Position numbers and translations under genes: made by a program
Part shown: piece by piece, positions 1 through 8,673 of the stretch
Layout: each line of letters starts with the position of its first letter
How positions within the stretch are numbered: position 1 is the first letter of the stretch
Notes under the pieces: generated by a model
What the model saw: only the letters and a program-made list of their open reading frames with translations
The model's database searches: none
What the model was told of the DNA's origin: nothing
NCBI GenBank assembly: GCA_947626535.1
Contig: CANQSO010000001.1
Span: 1 to 63,321, forward strand
Origin: an uncultured Bacilli bacterium
Lineage (GTDB): Bacteria > Bacillota_I > Bacilli_A > RF39 > UBA660
Direction: 5' to 3'
DNA length: 63,321 nucleotides

Positions 1-5
1 ACCAA

Positions 6-392
6 ATGGTAGCTGCCAGTGTCAAGCCTTACAGGCTTCAGAGAAAAACCACCCTTTTTAAGGGTGGATTTTTACTTTCTGAAGAACATAATATACTAAC
101 ATTAGAATTAATATATAAAGGATATATAAATGAAAATGATAGTCAAATATTTTATTATGACAATTTATTTAATCAACTATTGGAAGATAATTCATATAAA
201 GACTTAATACAAATAATACATTATATTGTTCCGAGAGTAATTAAAAGAAATTTTCTAGACGAAGATGGAAAAATAATTGAAAATAAATTTGGCTATTTTA
301 AAAATGCGATTAATAGTAATATAAATAAATTAAATAATGAAGTTGAAAATTTATGGGAAGAAGAGGCAAATAACTTTGATATGAACTTATAA
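6..392 (+). pseudogene. Open frame without a credible start. It is probably a 3' gene remnant, or the tail of a gene entering from upstream
   Basis: 128-aa ORF. Its first ~27 codons overlie a strong hairpin plus T-run (36-84), and there is no in-frame ATG/GTG with an RBS after the hairpin. Confidence 0.3.
36..84 (+). terminator. Rho-independent terminator-like hairpin
   Basis: Core CCACCC(49-54)/GGGTGG(62-67), extended by A5/T5 and by CTTCAG/CTGAAG, followed by a T-run. A second small hairpin AAGCCT-tac-AGGCTT lies at 24-38. Confidence 0.6.
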
Positions 393-525
393 ATTTTTGA
401 TTTGCTATTTTTTAATAATCTTAAAAAAGTTTTATGTAAGTAGCTAACTTACTACAAAGTTGATAATATTTAAATGTTGTATTATAATTGTAATAGTACA
501 AAAAAAGAATAACTATAAATTATTC

Positions 526-798
526 TTATCGTCTTGGTATGCGATGATTTTCAATAGTTGGTCTATCAATAAATAATTGCTCTATTGAAACACCTAAAGT
601 ATCGGCAATATGTCCAATATAATCAATTCGTACATTTCTCCTAGCATTTTCAAGATTAGATACATAAGTAGTTGTTGTCCCAAGTTCATCTGCAAAATCC
701 TCTTGCGACCAATTCTTTTTCAATCTAAAATATGTAATATTATTAGCTAAAATTTTACGAGCTTGATTTTTATATTTTGTGTTTTTGATTGTCATCAC
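526..798 (-). CDS. XRE-family helix-turn-helix transcriptional regulator
   Basis: 90 aa. WSQEDFADELGTTTTYVSNLENARRNVRIDYIGHIADTLGVSIEQLF is a typical Cro/C1 HTH. A hairpin plus T-run lies downstream at ~497-525. Confidence 0.8.
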   Translation of the reverse strand: MMTIKNTKYKNQARKILANNITYFRLKKNWSQEDFADELGTTTTYVSNLENARRNVRIDYIGHIADTLGVSIEQLFIDRPTIENHRIPRR

Positions 799-966
799 AC
801 CCTTTCTCTTATCAACTTATCAATATTGTAATAAGTTTAATTTGCACTAACCATACTAACTATGTAGTAAGCTATAAGCATTATATTGAAAATTAAGAGA
901 AAAAAATGACGAATTAAGTGCTATGAATATGTAAATTTAAAAAATGTAGAAATGAGGAATTAAAAA

Positions 967-1521
967 ATGAAAAATGGTATTGATAAAATTAATAATATTA
1001 GTGAGGGAATTATTAGAAATACAAGTAGTGAACTCAATAATGTACTTAATGCATTAACTTTAGAGTTTGAACACATATACTGCTTAATTGAAAATTTACC
1101 TAATGGTGATAAAGATAAAGTAATGGGCAATGTTTTGAATAAACTCTTAAAAGCATTAAGAGAAAAAGTAACTATAAATTTTTATAGTAAAATTACTAAC
1201 GAAGTAGATATGGTAATGAATTACTTCACTAGTCAAAAAGATAGTTTTGATATGGTAAAAGAAAATGGAAATAAAATTGCTAATGAATTATTATTTGAAG
1301 AGCAATATAAATTGCCAATAGATATATCTTCAATTAAGAAATATTGCCTATCATTAGAAATAAAAAAAGAACAAATTTATGATGTTCTTATGTGGATTAT
1401 AATAAGACTTATAGCAATAGATAGGCGTATGACTTGGCAAGTTTATTTTGATGATTTGAAAGAAAATTACAAAGAAGAAAAAGTAATACCTAGTAAATCA
1501 CTAAACTTATTTGAAAATTGA
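967..1521 (+). CDS. Hypothetical protein, divergent from the XRE gene
   Basis: 184-aa ORF with RBS-like AGGAAT upstream. No motif recognised. Ends in TGA. Confidence 0.55.
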   Translation: MKNGIDKINNISEGIIRNTSSELNNVLNALTLEFEHIYCLIENLPNGDKDKVMGNVLNKLLKALREKVTINFYSKITNEVDMVMNYFTSQKDSFDMVKENGNKIANELLFEEQYKLPIDISSIKKYCLSLEIKKEQIYDVLMWIIIRLIAIDRRMTWQVYFDDLKENYKEEKVIPSKSLNLFEN

Positions 1522-1558
1522 TGATATAATAAATTATAATTTGTTTTAGAGGTGGAGT

Positions 1559-2983
1559 ATGCGTATTGGTGTTGATATTGATAATGTTTTGTCTAATTTT
1601 AACGAAGTATTATTAAATGATTATATTCGCCACGATAAAGAAGTGAGAAATAAAGGCATAATTAAAAATAACGTTTATATAAGAGAAATGTTTGATTGGA
1701 CAAAAGATGAAGAACAACAATATTATAATGATAACATTGAAAGATTAGCAGAATTTTTTGAGCCTATTAAAGATTGTGCTAAATATATAAAAAAATTGCG
1801 AGAAGAGGGAAATGCAGTTTATATAATAAGTGGCAGAGATAATGGGGAATATTCTGATCCATACAATATGACTATTAAATGGCTAAATAAATATGGTATT
1901 GAATATGATAAGTTAATTTTAACTAATGCTTATCATCATCAACAAAAAGCAAGTGCTTGTATGGAAAACAAAATAGATTTAATGATTGATGACTCAAGAA
2001 CAGTTTGTGAAGAATGTATTAAGAATAACATCAATTCAGTACTTTTTAATACTGATTATAATCAAGATGAGTTAAGATTTAAAAGAGTAAATGATTGGGA
2101 GGAAATATATAATTATATTGCTAAAAATCATAAAATAAATGTTATTTTAGATACAGATACTTATAATGAATGTGATGACCAATTTGCCCTTGCTTATATG
2201 ATTAAAAGTCAAGATATATTTAATATAAATGCAATAACTATAGCACCTTATTCACATAAAAAAAGAAATGAAACAGTAATTAGTGGTCTTGAAAAAAGTT
2301 ATAATGAAGTATTAAAAATATGTAATTGGCTAAGTTTTGATACCACTAATAAAGTTTTTAAAGGGTCAGAGGACTATATTGACAATAATTATGATAAAAC
2401 AAATCCGGCAGTTAACAAAATAATTGAAATAGCTTTAAAAAATGAAAAAACTTATATTATGGCCATAGGTGCCATTACTAACATAGCACTGGCAATAAAA
2501 AAAGAGCCAAAAATAGTAGATAAAATTGAAGTAATTTGGCTAGGTGGTAATGAATTAGGTTATAAAGATAATTTAGAATATAATTTTAGACAAGATATTC
2601 AAGCTATAAAATTTGTTTTCAATTCAAAGGTAAAATTAACAATACTTCCGTGTAAAAATGTTGTTTCAAAACTAAAAATTGATATAAATACTTTAAATAA
2701 ATATTTAATTAATAAATCAAAACTATGTAATTACTTAATAGAAAGATTTCACGATGATGGTTATCATGGTATACAAGAAGAACGAGTTATTTGGGACATA
2801 TCAGTAATTGCTTATATGATAAATAGTGAATGGTTTAAGATTAAGGAAGTAAGTTGTCCTATTATTAGTGATGACACTTCTTACAAAATAACTGATAATT
2901 GTCATAAAGTAAAATTTGTAACTGATTTAGATAAAAAGAAAATATACAAAGATTTATTTTTGAAATTAGCAGAACAAAATTAA
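1559..2983 (+). CDS. Fusion of a 5'(3')-deoxyribonucleotidase-like (NT5C/HAD) domain and an inosine-uridine-preferring nucleoside hydrolase-like domain
   Basis: N-terminus has MRIGVDIDNVLSNF (DxD HAD motif), IISGR and LMIDDS. C-terminus has ILDTDTYNECDDQFALAYM (the IUNH DxDxxxDD aspartate cluster) and AIGAITNIALAI. RBS GGTGGAG precedes the start. Confidence 0.75.
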   Translation: MRIGVDIDNVLSNFNEVLLNDYIRHDKEVRNKGIIKNNVYIREMFDWTKDEEQQYYNDNIERLAEFFEPIKDCAKYIKKLREEGNAVYIISGRDNGEYSDPYNMTIKWLNKYGIEYDKLILTNAYHHQQKASACMENKIDLMIDDSRTVCEECIKNNINSVLFNTDYNQDELRFKRVNDWEEIYNYIAKNHKINVILDTDTYNECDDQFALAYMIKSQDIFNINAITIAPYSHKKRNETVISGLEKSYNEVLKICNWLSFDTTNKVFKGSEDYIDNNYDKTNPAVNKIIEIALKNEKTYIMAIGAITNIALAIKKEPKIVDKIEVIWLGGNELGYKDNLEYNFRQDIQAIKFVFNSKVKLTILPCKNVVSKLKIDINTLNKYLINKSKLCNYLIERFHDDGYHGIQEERVIWDISVIAYMINSEWFKIKEVSCPIISDDTSYKITDNCHKVKFVTDLDKKKIYKDLFLKLAEQN

Positions 2984-3053
2984 ATTTTCACGAAGTAACT
3001 CTTTATGCAATATACATTTTAGTGATATAATTTAGGTATAAGAGGGCGATAGT

Positions 3054-3278
3054 ATGATTAATGAAGTCAAAGAAAAACTTATAACTAATAAAAAAATACA
3101 AATTAGAGTATATTCTTTAGATTATACTATTGAACAACTTGATGATAATGTAGTAATTTATGCTAATTTATATCCTAATCAAAAAAAATCTTATAGAACA
3201 ATAGAAGAACTATTAGATAATTTTACTATTTACAATGAAAATATAATAGACAATATTGATAGTATAGTAAGTATATAA
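3054..3278 (+). CDS. Small hypothetical protein
   Basis: 74-aa ORF with RBS AGAGGG upstream. Confidence 0.5.
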   Translation: MINEVKEKLITNKKIQIRVYSLDYTIEQLDDNVVIYANLYPNQKKSYRTIEELLDNFTIYNENIIDNIDSIVSI

Positions 3279-3362
3279 AATTAAAACCTAATATATGAGA
3301 AATAATTGACAATTATGATGAAATATTATATTATATAAAACAATTTCTAGGGGTGGTATTTT

Positions 3363-4256
3363 GTGTTTGAAATGTATGATTTAAGAAACAATTTTATGTA
3401 TTATAGTGACTTTTATATTTCGGCTAAAGCAAAAAGCTTTTCTGATGCAAGTAGAAAGCATAACATTTCATCATCTAGCTTATGTAGAAGTGTAGCTAAA
3501 TTAGAAGAAATGTTAGATTTAAAATTGATAAAAACAACTAATAAAGGTTTTGACCTAACACTAGATGGGGAAAGGTTATATAAAAAGCTAGATGAATTTT
3601 TTAGTAATATAGATATTTTTTCGGCAAAAAATTTGTCATCTAATTTAGATATAACATTAACAATAGGAACAACGAGAAATATTGCAGATTATATACTTGG
3701 CAACTATTTGAATAAATTTAGTAAAATATATCCTAATGTTAAAATTAATATTTATACAGATAATGCAACTACTCTTAATGAATATCTAATAAATCATAAG
3801 ATAGATATTTTGATTGACTATTTACCACATATAAATTATAGCGAAAAATTTGATTTAGAAATTCAACCTATCGCTCAATATAGTACTTGTTTTGCTTGTT
3901 CAAAAAGATATTATGAAAAAATAAAAGATGAAGTTAAGTCTTTAAGTGATTTATCTAATTATACTTTAGTTGTTTCTGGTAGTTCTAGGAGAAGACAAAT
4001 GTTAGATGAAGTATTGCAAAGGAATAATATAAAGCTTAATCCTACTCATCTAATGCCGGATTCAAAACTAATGGCAGATTATATAAAAGAAAATGATTAT
4101 ATTGGTTATTTTATTGAAGACGAAATTAAAGAATATGATTTAATGAAAATTAATCTAAAGGAAGAAATGCCTATTAATCCTATTGGAATTATCTACTCTA
4201 AAAAGTCAATTAATCATATTGCTCGTGATTTTGTAAATACAATAATTAAAAATTAA
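3363..4256 (+). CDS. LysR-family transcriptional regulator
   Basis: N-terminal wHTH (FYISAKAKSFSDASRKHNISSSSLCRSVAKLEEMLDLKLI) followed by a substrate-binding-type C-terminal domain. 297 aa. Confidence 0.85.
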   Translation: MFEMYDLRNNFMYYSDFYISAKAKSFSDASRKHNISSSSLCRSVAKLEEMLDLKLIKTTNKGFDLTLDGERLYKKLDEFFSNIDIFSAKNLSSNLDITLTIGTTRNIADYILGNYLNKFSKIYPNVKINIYTDNATTLNEYLINHKIDILIDYLPHINYSEKFDLEIQPIAQYSTCFACSKRYYEKIKDEVKSLSDLSNYTLVVSGSSRRRQMLDEVLQRNNIKLNPTHLMPDSKLMADYIKENDYIGYFIEDEIKEYDLMKINLKEEMPINPIGIIYSKKSINHIARDFVNTIIKN

Positions 4257-5452
4257 TTATCAAATTTTTCTATTCTTTTTATATTTATGCCCACTACTAA
4301 TATAGATAATGTAAGCAATACCATAACTATATTTAATATTAATTGACTACTACTTATACCAACAAATAAAAGCATTAAATATCCTACAATTCTACCACAA
4401 TTTAATATACCTTCTCTAATTGCAAAGAATTCAATTTGATTACTATTATCTACAATATAACTATCTGATATATTAAATAATCTTATTTCTCTTGTTATTG
4501 TAAGTAGTGAAGTAAAAATAACATAGCAAATATTATAAATAATTATAGTTATATTATTTTTTAGAAGTAGAAGTAATAAAACTGATAAAATTGGTAAAAT
4601 GCTAGATATAAGAATTACTATTTTATCATCTTTATTTTTATAAATTTTTCCATATAAGTGAACAAATATCATTGATAAAATTGTTGCTATTGAAGTAATA
4701 ATTCCAAGATTTAAATTTGTTTTAAATGAATTAAATATCAATATTGTCATTAATATTTCTAAAGCTCCATCGCTTACATTCATACCTATAAAGAATTCTA
4801 CAATAGATATTTTCTTTATTTGCTCGTTATTCTTTAATTTGTTCCATGTGTTTTTTAAATTAAATTTATGCAAAATATTTTCTTGTTCTGGAGTTAATAA
4901 AAACGAAAGTAAAATTTGACCTAACGATATAAATAAAATAATAATTGCCGTTAATTCATAATTAGTAGCAGTTATTATTGATCCTAATAATACAGGACAT
5001 AATACTCCAATAATTGATGAAACAATTTTAGATTTAACTGTGTATTCAGTTCTATAATTATTTTCAATTTTATTAATTACGAATAAATTATATGGAAACC
5101 AATATACACTAGAAGATATTCCATATAAAACTGATATTAATACTAAATGATTTACAATATTTTCTTTTAAAATAATGATTGTTAATATATAAAAGAAATT
5201 TAATATTACACCAATTCTAAACATACCTATTCTAAATTTATTTTTTATTATACTTGCTACTATAAAACTTCCAACTGCAAGCAATATATATGAAAATATA
5301 TAATATATGGATAAATCAACAATACTTTCCTGTGAAATTTTAATAAAATAAGCTGTTAAAAATGGTCCTAAAAATAGTACCATTATTTTTTTCATAGCAT
5401 CTATTGCTATAATTATATTACTCTCTATTTTTTTGTTTTTCATAACTATCAC
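4253..5452 (-). CDS. Multi-pass membrane transporter, MFS-like
   Basis: 399 aa, about 12 hydrophobic segments, convergent with and overlapping the LysR stop. Confidence 0.6.
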   Translation of the reverse strand: MIVMKNKKIESNIIIAIDAMKKIMVLFLGPFLTAYFIKISQESIVDLSIYYIFSYILLAVGSFIVASIIKNKFRIGMFRIGVILNFFYILTIIILKENIVNHLVLISVLYGISSSVYWFPYNLFVINKIENNYRTEYTVKSKIVSSIIGVLCPVLLGSIITATNYELTAIIILFISLGQILLSFLLTPEQENILHKFNLKNTWNKLKNNEQIKKISIVEFFIGMNVSDGALEILMTILIFNSFKTNLNLGIITSIATILSMIFVHLYGKIYKNKDDKIVILISSILPILSVLLLLLLKNNITIIIYNICYVIFTSLLTITREIRLFNISDSYIVDNSNQIEFFAIREGILNCGRIVGYLMLLFVGISSSQLILNIVMVLLTLSILVVGINIKRIEKFDN

Positions 5453-6169
5453 CTATATTATTTCATCTATTAGATTAGAAACACTTTCATATTCATTTAT
5501 AGATATTTCTTTTAACTCATCTACTGCATTAATCATTGCATATCCATTAAAATCTTTAATCATTTCTATATCACTATAACTATCTCCAATTGTATAAACA
5601 TTCTTTTTTAATATATTTAATCTATTTATTAGTAGATTTATAGCATTTGATTTGTTAGTCTTATTTGAAATTATTTCTAATGAATTTTCTGTAACATAAT
5701 AAGAATTAATATAATTAGCATATTTATTATTTATGATTTTATCAATAAGCATTGCTTCTTCTTTTGAATTATATTCAATATTTATCTTTGTTAAATCACT
5801 ATGTTCAAAGTTGACTCTACTTTCTAATTTACTACAACAAAAGCTTTTTATTGATTCATTTAATTGTAAATCTTTTTTAATATTATTTATGATTTTATTA
5901 TTTATTGAAAAATTTGCAAAAATATTATCATCTTTATCTAATATTGTTGCACCATGATTAATAATTACGTAATCATATTCAAAATTATACTTATCTACTT
6001 TATTATGAAAATCAAAATGACTTCTACCTGTGGCGATAACAAATATATTTCCTTCTTTTCTAAATTTAGCAACTGCTTTTTTATTTATTTCAATATCTTC
6101 ATCATTTAAATAAAAAGTTTGGTCATAATCACTAACTAATATCTTTTTATTTGCATTCACAATGAACAC
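5453..6169 (-). CDS. HAD-superfamily hydrolase, Cof/IIB type
   Basis: VSDYDQTF (DxD-type motif I), IATGR, and GDSYSDIEM (motif IV). Confidence 0.75.
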   Translation of the reverse strand: MFIVNANKKILVSDYDQTFYLNDEDIEINKKAVAKFRKEGNIFVIATGRSHFDFHNKVDKYNFEYDYVIINHGATILDKDDNIFANFSINNKIINNIKKDLQLNESIKSFCCSKLESRVNFEHSDLTKINIEYNSKEEAMLIDKIINNKYANYINSYYVTENSLEIISNKTNKSNAINLLINRLNILKKNVYTIGDSYSDIEMIKDFNGYAMINAVDELKEISINEYESVSNLIDEII

Positions 6170-6545
6170 ACCTCTTTCTTGTTGATTAATTTAAATATTA
6201 ACTCATATATTATTATATCATCACACAATATTTTATTAAATAGAAATCATCATTGAGATAAAATCTTAAAAAACCTAGTTTAATTTTTACATTTATATCA
6301 ATTTGAAATTCCATATTTAAATAAAAACTTTTTTAATAATTTCTTTTGATTATTTCTATAAATTGTTCTATTTAATTTATTATCTATATCCATTAATAAA
6401 TTATTTATTGATTCTAAATTCACTGCAAATTTAATAAATTTTTCTTACTGATTTTGAACTTATTCTTAATATCATATTCTAAAAACTTTGCTTTACATTA
6501 TATAAAAAAATGTATATACTATGTTTAGGGAGAGGAGTTTGTAAT

Positions 6546-7208
6546 ATGTTAAAAAATAGATATTATCGATTAAGTTTAAATGATGATAAGGGAAAAAACT
6601 ATTTATTAAGAGTAAAAAAAGATTTCTATACGGAGGGTATTAGTATAGATGAAGATAAATTATTACAAGGTTATTTTTATTTTAAAGATTATATGAGTTT
6701 AAGCATTTTGGATAATAATGATTTAGAAGCTAAAATTTGGGAACATAAGGGGATTGTTGGCTCTATTGAAGAAGGAGTTGCTTATGGGGGGTTAGATGAA
6801 GAATTTATTTCCTATAAATGTTCAAGTAAAATTGATGTTAATCTAGAAGAGATTACTGATAAAGAATTAATTGGTAAAATAGATTTCTTAATTAGGAGTT
6901 CTATTAGAAATTTAAGTCCAAATAATAGACAAATTTATGATTTTTTCAATCAAAGAAGAAAACAATATTTTCAAGAGTTTAAATCAGATATTACATCGCC
7001 CATTTATAATGTTGATGGAACAGAATATATTGAGATTGATGATCCCGAACTTGATTTTACACGTGAAGATTTAAAAGAAATTGGGCAATATTTACAAAGC
7101 CTTAATCAAAAACAAATAGTTAATGGAAGAGATGAAAATGGAAAGAAAATAAGAAAAAGAGCCATTAAAAATAAAAATAAGCCAAAAATGTTAATTAAAA
7201 ATAAATAA
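6546..7208 (+). CDS. Hypothetical protein, paralogue of 14452-15087
   Basis: Start refined to MLKNRYY (RBS GGGAGAGGAG). Long stretches are identical to 14452-15087 (e.g. DKELIGKIDFLIRSSIRNLSPNNRQIYDFFNQRRK). Confidence 0.7.
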   Translation: MLKNRYYRLSLNDDKGKNYLLRVKKDFYTEGISIDEDKLLQGYFYFKDYMSLSILDNNDLEAKIWEHKGIVGSIEEGVAYGGLDEEFISYKCSSKIDVNLEEITDKELIGKIDFLIRSSIRNLSPNNRQIYDFFNQRRKQYFQEFKSDITSPIYNVDGTEYIEIDDPELDFTREDLKEIGQYLQSLNQKQIVNGRDENGKKIRKRAIKNKNKPKMLIKNK

Positions 7209-7220
7209 TGAAAGAAAGTA

Positions 7221-7264
7221 AGTAAGATAAGAAAATAATAAGGAGTTTTTTTATCTTACTTTTA
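7221..7264 (+). terminator. Hairpin terminator after 6546-7208
   Basis: AGTAAGATAA(7221-7230)/TTATCTTACT(7251-7260) followed by Ts. Confidence 0.5.
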
Positions 7265-7316
7265 GTTAGTATAGATAAAATTTTTAGTTAGATTAAAATT
7301 TTTAGTTAGATTAAAA
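7260..7316. repeat. Tandem direct repeats immediately upstream of a promoter
   Basis: TTTTTAGTTAGATTAAAA occurs at 7281-7298 and 7299-7316, with a degenerate copy at 7260-7280. TTAGATTAAAA recurs at 8602-8612 before the next TTGACA. Confidence 0.6.
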
Positions 7317-7319
7317 TGG

Positions 7320-7347
7320 TTGACAAAAAAATATTTTTCTATATAAT
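7320..7347 (+). promoter_or_regulatory. Sigma-A-type promoter for repeat-protein gene 1
   Basis: TTGACA(7320-7325)-16 nt-TATAAT(7342-7347). The downstream leader ATGACAyAAkTTGAAAGG is conserved. Confidence 0.5.
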
Positions 7348-7377
7348 ATGACATAAGTTGAAAGGAATGGGAATTTT

Positions 7378-8598
7378 ATGAATAAAAATATTAAAAAAAT
7401 AATAGGAGAAGATTTTAACAAATTTTTAAAATTGGTAGAATTAGGAATTATCGATAAAGAAACGGTGACAAAAGCTATTATAAATAGTAATTCTGCTAAT
7501 CTTATTTATGAATTTGCTAAAGGAGTAAAAGGTGTAGATATAGAAAAATTACAAGATGCAATTATAAAAACACAAGATGCTTATTCTATATATGGCTTTG
7601 CTAAAGATATAGAGGGAGCAAATATAGAGAAATTAACGGATGCGATTACTAAAACTCAAAATGGCCTTTGGATTTATTACTTTACAAGAGGTATAAAAGG
7701 AGCCAATATAGATAAATTAACGTATGCAATAATTGCATCACAAAGTGTTCAATATATTTATGAATTTGCTAGAGATGTAAAAGGAGCAAATATAGAAAGA
7801 TTAACAGATGCTATTATAAAAAATCCAGTTAAAGAAAATGCAAGTTTAATTTATGAATTTGCTATGTATGTAAAAGGAGCAGATATAGAGAAATTGCAAA
7901 ATGCAATAATTGCAACACAAAATGCAGAGTACATTTATGAATTTGCTAGAGATGTAAAAGGAGCAAATATAGATAAATTGACAGATGGAATAGTTGCTAC
8001 TAAAGATGCAAGATGGATATATGAATTTGCTATATGTATGAAAGGTGCCAATATAGCAAAATTAACAGATGCAATAGTTACAACAAAAAATGCTCAATAT
8101 ATATATTATTTTGCTAGTATGATAAAAAGTGCCGATGCAGATAAATTGACAGATGCAATAGCTGCAACTAGAAATGCAGAATATATTTATTACTTTGCTA
8201 AAAATATAGATAGTGCCAATATAGATAAATTAACGGATGCGATTACTAAAACTCAAGATGCCAAATATATTTATGAATTCGCTAAAGGCGTAAAAGGAGC
8301 AAATATAGAGAAACTAGCAGATGGAATTATGGCAACACAAAACGAAGAACTTATTCTTCTCTTTACTGAATGCATAAAGGGTACAAATACAGAAAAATTA
8401 AAAAATGCGATAGTTGAAACTAAAGATGAAAATTATGCTAATTCAGAAGATGGAACATTATCAGTATTAATGGAATTGTTAAAAGAAAAGAAATTTGAAG
8501 ATATTTTGGACAATAAAGAAAAATTTTCTAATTTATTTGTTGATAAAGAACAAGTTGCTAGTAAAGAACAACAAAAAATGTTAATTAAAAGTAAATAA
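7378..8598 (+). CDS. 28-residue tandem-repeat protein (11 units), family not recognised
   Basis: Units such as IYEFAKGVKGVDIEKLQDAIIKTQDAYS. N-terminal cap FLKLVELGIIDKE and a C-terminal tail ending KEQQKMLIKSK. No signal peptide. Confidence 0.85.
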   Translation: MNKNIKKIIGEDFNKFLKLVELGIIDKETVTKAIINSNSANLIYEFAKGVKGVDIEKLQDAIIKTQDAYSIYGFAKDIEGANIEKLTDAITKTQNGLWIYYFTRGIKGANIDKLTYAIIASQSVQYIYEFARDVKGANIERLTDAIIKNPVKENASLIYEFAMYVKGADIEKLQNAIIATQNAEYIYEFARDVKGANIDKLTDGIVATKDARWIYEFAICMKGANIAKLTDAIVTTKNAQYIYYFASMIKSADADKLTDAIAATRNAEYIYYFAKNIDSANIDKLTDAITKTQDAKYIYEFAKGVKGANIEKLADGIMATQNEELILLFTECIKGTNTEKLKNAIVETKDENYANSEDGTLSVLMELLKEKKFEDILDNKEKFSNLFVDKEQVASKEQQKMLIKSK

Positions 8599-8615
8599 TT
8601 ATTAGATTAAAAAAA

Positions 8616-8644
8616 TTGACAAATAAAATTTTTTGTTATATAAC
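8616..8644 (+). promoter_or_regulatory. Sigma-A-type promoter for repeat-protein gene 2
   Basis: TTGACA(8616-8621)-17 nt-TATAAC, followed by the same conserved leader. Confidence 0.5.
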
Positions 8645-8673
8645 ATGACACAATTTGAAAGGGGAAATATTTC

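Noticed and set aside
1-4. The window begins with ACCA, which could be the 3' end of the intact tRNA (attL) matching the attR core that ends in ACCA at 55678
   Set aside because: A four-nucleotide match is meaningless on its own. It needs upstream sequence and is kept only as something to check.
1519-1521. An alternative (Mollicutes-type, TGA=Trp) genetic code, given the extreme AT-richness
   Set aside because: TGA terminates well-defined ORFs followed by the next gene's RBS, for example 967-1521 and 43637-45613. All long ORFs are intact under the standard code.
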